Both the position numbers and the translations under genes were made by a program. Shown in pieces: positions 8,551 through 15,634 of a DNA stretch of 64,000 nucleotides. The DNA is taken from the NCBI GenBank assembly GCA_016865865.1, contig VGOC01000004.1:17388-81387 (forward strand), given 5' to 3'. The notes beneath the pieces were generated by a model. The model was given only the letters and a program-made list of their open reading frames with translations, was not told the DNA's origin and made no database searches. The DNA is from Chloroflexota bacterium (lineage in GTDB: Bacteria > Chloroflexota > Anaerolineae > Anaerolineales > UBA11858). How positions within the stretch are numbered: the stretch's first letter is position 1; each line of letters opens with the position of its first letter.

Positions 8551-8919
8551 CTATGTTTTGATGTTCTGTAGGACACGGCCAATGATAGTATCCAGCAGTT
8601 TTTGATCCACCGCGTCGCCCAGGCGCGCGATGACAGCCTGGCGCACCCGTTGATGAACATCGCTGCTGCCCGATGGTTTCCTGGAGCTATCTGCTGCGCC
8701 ACTTGCCGCTGATGCGCTTGGAGATACCATCTTGGCAATATATGGGCGTTCTGGCGCGGCAGGGGGTTTATCATAGTCACGGATGAGTTGAATCCCCAGG
8801 CGCATGGCCTTGTCACGAGCCAGGTCGGTCAATACGATGCTGTCGTCAACCTCCAAGGCGGTGATCCCCTGCCGGGCTAGATCCTCGATATCTCGTTCGG
8901 TATAAAATGTCTTTGCCAT
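8551..8919 (-). CDS. BMC-associated hypothetical protein with an encapsulation-peptide-like C-terminal helix
   Basis: 122 aa. A folded-looking N-terminal segment of about 50 aa is followed by a Pro/Ala/Ser-rich linker and then the amphipathic helix DVHQRVRQAVIARLGDAVDQKLLDTIIGRVLQNI. The gene lies inside the shell-gene block. Confidence 0.6.
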   Translation of the reverse strand: MAKTFYTERDIEDLARQGITALEVDDSIVLTDLARDKAMRLGIQLIRDYDKPPAAPERPYIAKMVSPSASAASGAADSSRKPSGSSDVHQRVRQAVIARLGDAVDQKLLDTIIGRVLQNIKT

Positions 8920-8967
8920 GAGACACTCCTGATGATTTGCACGTCCCGAGTACTCGAAACAAGAGTA

Positions 8968-9606
8968 CTAGAATTCACTGGTTACGCCTTCGATGCTTTC
9001 CAAAGCCTGTATGGCAGCATCACGGGCGGTGATCGTCTCAGCCTCGGTTCCGGAAAGCCACATGCGGCCAAATCGTCCTACCGAGCTGACATGCACAATA
9101 TCTATACTGGCTTTCTTCTCTGCCTCGTTACAGGCGAAGTTGATATATGCTGCTGGGAAGCACTCCACCACCAGCAATGTCTGACCAGGGACCAGCATAC
9201 TGCCGCGCCGCCAGCGGTTGAGCAACTGCGCTTGATAAGGGTCTATGTTGGTGATCAACTGGATCGAGGCGATCTGAGGGCGGATGCGGTCCTCGATCTT
9301 CAAGCCCAGTCGTCCCAGCACGATACGACCAGATTCGAGTACAGCGGCCTGATTCGGCGAATGGATTTCGAACATGCCGAATTCACGCTCGACCACCTGC
9401 GCGCCGGGCTTGGCCTCGGTGGCTTTGACGGCGATATCTACCGTGCGGAAGACCTCGTTCCCAGGGGCCATCTCGATATACAGCGAGGCCATGCCCTCGA
9501 CCGGCAAATCGCCCTGGGTGATGGTGCCGATAAAGGCTGCGTACTGCGGCTGCATCCGGTCCAGATAACAATAACAACGTAACGAAAACTCACTTCCACT
9601 TGCCAT
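8968..9606 (-). CDS. Tandem-domain BMC shell protein (BMC-T, CcmP/CsoS1D-like)
   Basis: 212 aa, collinear with my recollection of CcmP-type proteins (YxYLDxxQxQxAxxIGT..., NIDPYQAQLLNRWRRG, ECFPAAYINFACNEAEK). Confidence 0.85.
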   Translation of the reverse strand: MASGSEFSLRCYCYLDRMQPQYAAFIGTITQGDLPVEGMASLYIEMAPGNEVFRTVDIAVKATEAKPGAQVVEREFGMFEIHSPNQAAVLESGRIVLGRLGLKIEDRIRPQIASIQLITNIDPYQAQLLNRWRRGSMLVPGQTLLVVECFPAAYINFACNEAEKKASIDIVHVSSVGRFGRMWLSGTEAETITARDAAIQALESIEGVTSEF

Positions 9607-9618
9607 AGATACCCTCGA

Positions 9619-10503
9619 TTAATTATCCATCCAACTCCGACCGTGCTCCCGGTCATGCATCGCTATCCCCAGCGGGGTCACGAATACAGGCCGCTCTGGA
9701 ACCTGAGTGGGGATACCGGTATATTCCTCGATCACCTCAGCCATGCCAGGGTAGGCGCAGGCGCCGCCAACAAGAGTCAACTGATCCACAGACACTTTGC
9801 TATTTTTCACGTGGCGAGCCGTGATACTGGCTACTTTTTCCATCACCGGCCGCAAGATGGGAAACAGACGCGCCTGCTCATTAGGGTTGGTCTTCATGGC
9901 TTCAGCCGCTTCGAAGGAGATATCATGCGCTCCGGCGACTACTAACGAAAAGTGCGTCCCTCCGGTAGGCTCGTCGGCGGTGTAGACGACCTCGCCATCT
10001 TGTAGAATCGCAATGCCTGTCGTGCCGCCGCCGACATCAACGATCGCTCCATTCCGAAGGCCCAGGAGGGCGTTCGCGGCGGTTGGCTCAGCGACCATCT
10101 GGGTGCAGCGCAATTCGGCGGCCTGGAGGACATGGGCAACCGCTCTGACTTCGACTTGAGGCACACCTGGCGGATAGCCGCTGGCGGCGTGAGTGAGTTG
10201 TCTGCCTAAACGGCGCTCAACTCGCTCCTTCATCTCTCTCAGCCGGTCTACAGCGCCGATGAAGTCAACCACCAGTCCGTCGCGCACCACCTGAGCAAAT
10301 TGATACTCACCCGCCAGAGGTTGATCAGCCTCATCGAGTACGACCAGCATCAGGTAGGCGGTGCCCAGGTCCACACCAACGTGCAGGATTCCCTCGGGAG
10401 CAGAAGCCAGCCGCGTCGGCGCAGGATCGGAAAGCCAGTGGATAACTTGCTCGGCGCGCGCTAACGTCTGGACGATCTCAGGGCGGGAAAGAGAATCCCG
10501 CAC
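9619..10503 (-). CDS. eutJ: EutJ-like actin/Hsp70-fold ATPase
   Basis: Phosphate-binding motifs VGVDLGTAY and IVDVGGGTTGIAI, plus LTLVGGACAYPG. About 290 aa, as for EutJ/PduJ-locus chaperones. Confidence 0.85.
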   Translation of the reverse strand: MRDSLSRPEIVQTLARAEQVIHWLSDPAPTRLASAPEGILHVGVDLGTAYLMLVVLDEADQPLAGEYQFAQVVRDGLVVDFIGAVDRLREMKERVERRLGRQLTHAASGYPPGVPQVEVRAVAHVLQAAELRCTQMVAEPTAANALLGLRNGAIVDVGGGTTGIAILQDGEVVYTADEPTGGTHFSLVVAGAHDISFEAAEAMKTNPNEQARLFPILRPVMEKVASITARHVKNSKVSVDQLTLVGGACAYPGMAEVIEEYTGIPTQVPERPVFVTPLGIAMHDREHGRSWMDN

Positions 10504-10505
10504 CT

Positions 10506-10850
10506 TTATTCTTCGTCTCCGTCAGATTCTTTTCCGCCGGATCGTCCGCCAAAGCCGCCTTTGGTATGCCTGGGCAGGATCATCTCGACGTTTTCGTGCG
10601 GGCGCGGGATGACATGCACCGAGACCAGCTCGCCCACGCGCTTGGCCGCAGCCGCGCCGGCGTCGGTGGCCGCTTTGACCGCGCCGACGTCGCCGCGCAC
10701 CATCACGGTAACATAGCCACCGCCGACGTATTCCGAGCCGATCAATGCCACGTTAGCCGCCTTGACCATGGCATCGGCAGCCTCGATTGCGCCGATCAGC
10801 CCTCGGGATTCGACCATACCTAGAGCGATAAATGCAGGATCTTGTGCCAT
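10506..10850 (-). CDS. BMC hexamer shell protein (BMC-H, PduA/EutM-like) with a Gly/charged C-terminal tail
   Basis: [26 protein letters not shown]...[23 protein letters not shown] is the canonical PF00936 pattern. Confidence 0.95.
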   Translation of the reverse strand: MAQDPAFIALGMVESRGLIGAIEAADAMVKAANVALIGSEYVGGGYVTVMVRGDVGAVKAATDAGAAAAKRVGELVSVHVIPRPHENVEMILPRHTKGGFGGRSGGKESDGDEE

Positions 10851-10880
10851 AACTTATCTCCTATTTAAACGAATAGATTT

Positions 10881-12350
10881 TCATGCCTTCAATACTTCTC
10901 GAACAACTTCTCTGACAATCGCCTCGATCTCGCCCGGAGAGGGGCCATAGACCGGGCCTACCGGGGCAGTGCTGGGTCTGAAAGCCTCCTCGGGAGGGCG
11001 CGAGGTTTCGTAAGCAATTCTCTTGATGTTATACAAATGATGCACGGTGACATTATCGCCAGTGATAGCGCCGCCAATGCCGCCCGGCCCCAACGTCAGC
11101 GAAGGCATGATCTTGGTGGTCATGCCGATCATCCCCAGGGTGCCCATGGTGTTGACGCCGATGCGAAAGACCGGTTTCTCCAGACCAAAGGCCATGATAG
11201 GCTTTTCGTCGGTGGCGTGAATGATCAGGCTGTGGCCGCGTCCGCCAAACTGGATCAATTCGATGCAGCGGTCACAGCCCGCTCGCCAGCCATTGACCTC
11301 ATACCAGCCCAACACCGTGGTTAATTTCTCGCGCGAAAGAGGTTCATCGCGACCGACCTTGGCAAGGCTCGCTACCAAAATTCGCGCCTGACCGGGAACG
11401 TGAATGCCTGCCAGCCCCGCAAGATATTGCGGCGACTTGCCAACTGTGGCAACGTTCATGCCTCCGTCAGGATGGAAAAGCGTCTTTCGCAGGGCGTCGG
11501 CCTGGACTTCATCAACAAAGAAAGCGCCCTCGCCCTGCATCAACTGCTTCAAACGTCCAGCGATTGGCCGATCAGCGACGACAGCTTGCTCCGTGGCGCA
11601 GATGACCGAGTGATCGAAGGCCTTGCTGCCAACGATGTATCTGGCGGCTTTCTCCAGGTCGGCACTGCGATCCACGTAGACCGGCACGTTGCCAGGTCCG
11701 ACGCCATAGGCCGGTTTGCCCTGCGAGTGAGCGACGCGCACCATCTCGGTCCCGCCCGTGGCCAGGATCAAAGCCGTGTGCCTGTGCGCCATCAATTCCT
11801 GGGTGCCTTCCAGGCTGATTTGCGTCAAACAACCAATCAAGCCCCGGGGGGCGCCGGCATCTTCGGCGGCATCGCTCATGATTTTGGCTGTGGCGTTGGA
11901 ACAATTGACTGCCGAGGGATGGGGAGCGACCACGATTCCATTGCGCGCTTTGACCGATATCAACACTTTGTTCATCGCCGTGGAAGTGGGGTTGGTGCTA
12001 GGGATCAGGGCGGCTACTACCCCCATTGGCCAGGCAACTTCAATAATGCCTCTGGCTTTGTCGCCTTTGATAATCCCCACCGTCTTGACATCTTTGATGC
12101 TCTCCCAAATATATCTGGATCCGAACTCGTTCTTCAGCTTCTTGTGTTCAGGCACGCCAAAGCCGGTCTCTTCAGCGGCCATGCGACCGAGCCGCTCAGC
12201 GCCGATGAAGGCTGCCTGCGCCATCGCCTCACAGACGCGGTCTACCTGTTGCTGAGTGGCATTGGCCCAGATTTGCTGAGCCTGGTGTGTCTGCTCAACT
12301 ATATCTCGGGCTTCTTGGATCGAACGCAGGTCTTTATCCGACTGGGTCAT
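10881..12350 (-). CDS. CoA-acylating aldehyde dehydrogenase (PduP/EutE-like) with a C-terminal encapsulation peptide
   Basis: About 489 aa of ALDH fold. The C-terminal linker PSTAPVGPVYGPSPG is followed by the amphipathic helix EIEAIVREVVREVLKA. The ATG at 12350 overlaps the upstream stop codon (ATGA). The ORF track's TTG at 12362 is less likely. Confidence 0.9.
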   Translation of the reverse strand: MTQSDKDLRSIQEARDIVEQTHQAQQIWANATQQQVDRVCEAMAQAAFIGAERLGRMAAEETGFGVPEHKKLKNEFGSRYIWESIKDVKTVGIIKGDKARGIIEVAWPMGVVAALIPSTNPTSTAMNKVLISVKARNGIVVAPHPSAVNCSNATAKIMSDAAEDAGAPRGLIGCLTQISLEGTQELMAHRHTALILATGGTEMVRVAHSQGKPAYGVGPGNVPVYVDRSADLEKAARYIVGSKAFDHSVICATEQAVVADRPIAGRLKQLMQGEGAFFVDEVQADALRKTLFHPDGGMNVATVGKSPQYLAGLAGIHVPGQARILVASLAKVGRDEPLSREKLTTVLGWYEVNGWRAGCDRCIELIQFGGRGHSLIIHATDEKPIMAFGLEKPVFRIGVNTMGTLGMIGMTTKIMPSLTLGPGGIGGAITGDNVTVHHLYNIKRIAYETSRPPEEAFRPSTAPVGPVYGPSPGEIEAIVREVVREVLKA

Positions 12351-12652
12351 GCCCCGCTCCAAGGTTCTTTCTGATACGTCACCCGGCTGCCGACCACCAT
12401 ATGGTCTATCACAGCCATGATCACCGCATCAACCGGGCTGTTCTTGGTGATATCTGTTTGGCGTCCGCCAGAACCATGGGCGGTCAGCACCAGGTCGCCA
12501 ACCCCGGCATCCAGAGTGTCAACCGCCACATAGGGTTTGCCATAGACCTGGCCAGCCTCGTCGCACTGGCGCAAGATGAGCAATTTACGGCCCTCCAGCT
12601 TTTCGTCTTTGATCGTCGAAATCGTGGTTCCGATTACTTTAGCAATATACAT
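12347..12652 (-). CDS. BMC vertex pentamer protein (EutN/CcmL family, BMC-P), copy 2
   Basis: 101 aa from the ATG at 12652 (MYIAKVIGTTISTIKDEKLEGRKLLIL...). It is closely similar by eye to the paralog immediately upstream. Confidence 0.9.
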   Translation of the reverse strand: MYIAKVIGTTISTIKDEKLEGRKLLILRQCDEAGQVYGKPYVAVDTLDAGVGDLVLTAHGSGGRQTDITKNSPVDAVIMAVIDHMVVGSRVTYQKEPWSGA

Positions 12653-12662
12653 GTTTGTATTT

Positions 12663-12687
12663 CTTTGCGCTCTTCGTATCTTAGCGG
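12663..12687. repeat. Motif shared by two BMC-operon spacers (copy 2, inverted)
   Basis: CTTTGCGCTCTTCGTATCTTAGCGG is the reverse complement of the motif at 8439-8464, apart from a 2-3 nt central difference. Confidence 0.6.
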
Positions 12688-12698
12688 TGAAAACAAAT

Positions 12699-12989
12699 CT
12701 ATGTCTTCCGAAAGACAACCTCGCCATCCACTTCTAAATGGTCTATCACAGCCATGACAACCGCGTCCACGGGACAATCTTTGGTTTTATAGGTTTGCCG
12801 CGCAGAAGAACCATGCCCGGTCAGTACGAGATCGCCGACGCCGGCATCCACCAGATCAACAGCCACATAAGATTTGCCGAGAATATCACCAGTTTGATCT
12901 GTCTGTTTGCAGATCAACAGCTTGCTGCCGCTCACCCTGGGGTTTTTTATCGTGGCGATGGTCTCGCCGATCACGCGTGCAATGAGCAT
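12699..12989 (-). CDS. BMC vertex pentamer protein (EutN/CcmL family, BMC-P), copy 1
   Basis: 96 aa from the ATG at 12989 (MLIARVIGETIATIKNPRVSGSKLLIC...), preceded by AAAGGAA. Confidence 0.9.
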   Translation of the reverse strand: MLIARVIGETIATIKNPRVSGSKLLICKQTDQTGDILGKSYVAVDLVDAGVGDLVLTGHGSSARQTYKTKDCPVDAVVMAVIDHLEVDGEVVFRKT

Positions 12990-13035
12990 AGTTCCTTTTC
13001 CGGTGGTCGTCTCAAGGACGCCCATCACGTTTTTC

Positions 13036-13965
13036 TCAATAAGCCTTCTTTGTCTGAAGAACAGGGGCTTCGAAGCCATTGGCCTCTTTTTCGCCCTGGA
13101 CGATCTTGACGCCCGCGCTGGCTCCGATGCGCGTCGCCCCAGCCTCGACCATGCTGCGGGCATCCTCATAGGATTTCACGCCGCCGGAGGCCTTGACGCC
13201 GATCTCCGGGCCGACCACGCGGCGCATCAACGCCACGTCCTCAATGGTAGCGCCGCCACCCGAGAAACCGGTGGATGTCTTGACGAAATCGGCGCCAGCT
13301 TCTTTCGACAATAAACAGGCGGTCACTTTCTCATCCTGGTCGAGCAACGAAGTTTCGATAATCACTTTGACGATTGCGCCCGCGGCATGAGCAATTCTTA
13401 CGACTTCATTTATATCTTGTGCGACCAGCTCGAAATCCCTGGCCTTCAGCGCGCCGACATTGATCACCATATCTATTTCAGCAGCGCCATCCCGAATTGC
13501 GGTTTCGGTCTCGTAGACTTTCACTGCCGTCGAAGTCGCGCCGAGCGGAAAACCGATCACCGTGCACACTTTTACCGGGCTGCCGCGCAACAATTCGGCG
13601 CACAACCTGACATGCGACGGATTGACGCACACCGAGGCAAATTCATATTTTCGCGCCTCGTAACACAACTGGGCAATCTGATCGTGAGTGGCGTCTGGTT
13701 TCAACAGGGTATGATCTATCATCCTGGCAACGCTGGGATCATCGGGGACGCCCCCCAGCGAAGAGGTCAGGCGCGCCGCGCCGGCGCTGACCACCCGCCC
13801 CACCCGGTCGAAACAAGTTCTTACGCAAATCCCCTCGGCGCATTCCTCTGTGCAATGATCGCCCTCGGGGTGTGCGTCGAGGTGTTCCTGTTCATTGAGC
13901 GCGATCAACACCTCACGGGTGATGATCTGGACTAATTGTTCTACGAACTCGACTTCTGGTGACAT
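13036..13965 (-). CDS. deoC: Deoxyribose-phosphate aldolase with an N-terminal encapsulation peptide and Cys-rich linker
   Basis: The DeoC core carries [22 protein letters not shown] and FVKTSTGF (Schiff-base Lys region). An N-terminal extension of about 80 aa starts with the amphipathic helix [23 protein letters not shown]. The ATG at 13965 lies 5 nt after the rpiB stop. Confidence 0.9.
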   Translation of the reverse strand: MSPEVEFVEQLVQIITREVLIALNEQEHLDAHPEGDHCTEECAEGICVRTCFDRVGRVVSAGAARLTSSLGGVPDDPSVARMIDHTLLKPDATHDQIAQLCYEARKYEFASVCVNPSHVRLCAELLRGSPVKVCTVIGFPLGATSTAVKVYETETAIRDGAAEIDMVINVGALKARDFELVAQDINEVVRIAHAAGAIVKVIIETSLLDQDEKVTACLLSKEAGADFVKTSTGFSGGGATIEDVALMRRVVGPEIGVKASGGVKSYEDARSMVEAGATRIGASAGVKIVQGEKEANGFEAPVLQTKKAY

Positions 13966-13969
13966 ATCT

Positions 13970-14566
13970 CTATTTCTCGATCGCCATGATCTTATCCACA
14001 CGGCGGGCGTGACGACCACCGCCAAAATCCGTGCTCAACCAGGTATCCACGATCTGTTTCGCCAGGTTGGGGCCGATCAAGCCTGCGCCCAGGGTGAGCA
14101 CATTGGCGTCGTTATGTTCTCTGCTGTTCACGGCGGTGGCGTGGTCGTAGCACAACGCTGCCCGGACGCCGCGCACTTTGTTGGCCGCCATACAACTGCC
14201 GATGCCGGCGCCATCCACGATGATGCCTCGCCAGGCCTCGCCATTGCTGACCAGCTTCGCCACCGCGTAGGCGAAATCAGGGTAATCAACCGGCTCTTGG
14301 CTAAAAGTACCGCAATCTTCGATCCGAAAACCCTGATCGTTCAGGTGCGCTTTCAAAGTCTCTTTCAACGAGAAACCGCCATGATCTGCGCCGAGGGCGA
14401 CTATTCGACCGCTGCTCTTCTTTGCTTCGGACTGAGTTTGTGGAGGCGACGGACGGGGGTCGAGGCTGGCTGCCACGGACGAAGGGGGGGGACTGTTCCC
14501 CAGCATCGTCTGGCGGACTACCCGCCGTACGATCTCATCCAGCGCAGCTTCGGTGGGATTGCTCAT
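13970..14566 (-). CDS. rpiB: RpiB/LacA/LacB-family sugar-phosphate isomerase with an N-terminal encapsulation peptide
   Basis: The core carries [31 protein letters not shown] and [15 protein letters not shown]. The N-terminal helix [17 protein letters not shown] is followed by a Pro/Ser linker. Confidence 0.9.
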   Translation of the reverse strand: MSNPTEAALDEIVRRVVRQTMLGNSPPPSSVAASLDPRPSPPQTQSEAKKSSGRIVALGADHGGFSLKETLKAHLNDQGFRIEDCGTFSQEPVDYPDFAYAVAKLVSNGEAWRGIIVDGAGIGSCMAANKVRGVRAALCYDHATAVNSREHNDANVLTLGAGLIGPNLAKQIVDTWLSTDFGGGRHARRVDKIMAIEK

Positions 14567-14571
14567 ACCAT

Positions 14572-15363
14572 TCAGGCACGCGCCTCCGTCTCGATAGGCA
14601 GGGGCAGCCTTCGAAAAGCAAACGCATCCGGCCGCGCCTGCAAGCGAAGGTCTGCGTAGAAGCGGAAACGGTCGCCGCGCAACTCCGAGTCCACATACTC
14701 GATCACCTGGCCCGAAGCCAGGCGTGTTTCTCGATGGAAGACCAGCACAACGGCTGGCTGATCCAACTCCAACAGGCGGGCGACTTCTGCGGTAGCCAGA
14801 CCAGCCTCGATGACCTGCTCGGCATGATTGGGACTCTTGTTATATTTCCTGGTAAGCACTTCGTAGAGCGAGGCCGTCGAAAAGTCGTATTGCAAGATGC
14901 CCGGACAGAGATCATGCGGCAGATACGAACGTTCGATAGCAGTCGGTTCGCCATCCATCATCCGCACCCGGTACAGGAAAACCACCTCAGCCCCGAGTTG
15001 GATTTGCAGACGCCGCGCCAGAAAAGGATCCGCGCTGATCAGCTTGGCCTCGATCACCCGGCTGGAGACCTGCTTGCCATGAAGCCGCATCTCATGAGTG
15101 AACCCGTAGAGATATTGAGCGGTCTTATCGAAGCGCTCGCCAGAGACGAACGTGCCTACGCCCGGAATGGATTCCAACACACCATCCCTGGCCAGTTCGC
15201 TGAGCGCTCGTCGAACCGTGTTGCGGCCAACCGAATAGATCTGGCAAAGTTCGTGCTCCGAGGGCAGGCGGTCATTGGCTCTGAGCTGACCCTCGTTGAT
15301 CTGCTTGAGGATCGCTGCGGCAACAACCTGATAGAGGGGTTTGGCTTGCTTTTCTTCGACCAT
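14572..15363 (-). CDS. GntR/HutC-family transcriptional regulator (wHTH plus UTRA effector domain)
   Basis: LPSEHELCQIYSVGRNTVRRALSELARDGVL is the HTH, followed by a UTRA-like C-terminus. It is the first gene of the BMC operon. The ATG at 15363 is preferred. An alternative in-frame ATG at 15396 lies inside the inserted repeat element. Confidence 0.85.
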   Translation of the reverse strand: MVEEKQAKPLYQVVAAAILKQINEGQLRANDRLPSEHELCQIYSVGRNTVRRALSELARDGVLESIPGVGTFVSGERFDKTAQYLYGFTHEMRLHGKQVSSRVIEAKLISADPFLARRLQIQLGAEVVFLYRVRMMDGEPTAIERSYLPHDLCPGILQYDFSTASLYEVLTRKYNKSPNHAEQVIEAGLATAEVARLLELDQPAVVLVFHRETRLASGQVIEYVDSELRGDRFRFYADLRLQARPDAFAFRRLPLPIETEARA

Positions 15364-15380
15364 GACTTCTTTCGGTTCTT

Positions 15381-15491
15381 GTAACTGCTCAGCCATCAAA
15401 CGGATTTACCCGAAAAAAGGGTGTGCGCAGGGGGCGTAGCCCCCTGCGCACACCCTTTTTTCGGGAATTTCTCCGATTGGCTGAGTAGTAC
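15381..15491. mobile_element. MITE-like nested palindrome, family A, copy A2 (111 bp)
   Basis: Termini are GTAACTGCTCAGCC...GGCTGAGTAGTAC. The perfect core palindrome is CCCGAAAAAAGGGTGTGCGCAGGGGGCG-TA-GCCCCCTGCGCACACCCTTTTTTCGGG. It is flanked by the 8 bp direct repeat CGGTTCTT (15373-15380 and 15492-15499). Confidence 0.75.
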
Positions 15492-15541
15492 CGGTTCTTA
15501 ATATACTACATGTACCAACTTGTTCCAACAGGTGTGTGATT

Positions 15542-15571
15542 ATTATAGCATTTTTCGACAACTGGAGTCAA
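15542..15571 (-). promoter_or_regulatory. Sigma70-type promoter of the gntR/BMC operon
   Basis: The minus strand reads TTGACT-18 nt-TATAAT with an extended TGc (TGCTATAAT). It lies about 60 nt downstream of the der stop and upstream of gntR. Confidence 0.6.
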
Positions 15572-15634
15572 GCGCGAAATAGCAGCGGGGAGTCGGGTTC
15601 AGGAGGGAGGAAGGGTGCCCAGCCCCAGCCTCCA

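Noticed and set aside
8469-8816. 115 aa minus-strand ORF overlapping the 122 aa BMC-associated ORF in another frame
   Set aside because: It extends through the structured spacer and has an odd composition. The 8551-8919 frame has a start with an appropriate context and a sensible domain-linker-helix organisation.
11400-12374. 324 aa plus-strand ORF, with other long plus-strand ORFs between 11037 and 12757
   Set aside because: It is entirely antisense to the well-supported aldehyde dehydrogenase and BMC-P genes. The composition is Arg/Gly/Ala-rich with no recognisable motifs. This is the typical shadow ORF of GC-rich DNA.
12990-13169. Upstream extensions of the BMC-P genes (12699-13169, 12347-12727) and of deoC (to 14025) in the ORF track
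   Set aside because: The extensions overlap the preceding genes and encode Arg-rich low-complexity sequence. Internal ATGs at 12989, 12652 and 13965 give canonical EutN/CcmL N-termini or sit directly after the upstream stop codon with ribosome-binding sites.
14422-15384. 320 aa plus-strand ORF
   Set aside because: It is antisense to the GntR regulator and the rpiB 5' end. It has no motifs, and the minus-strand genes have clear family signatures.
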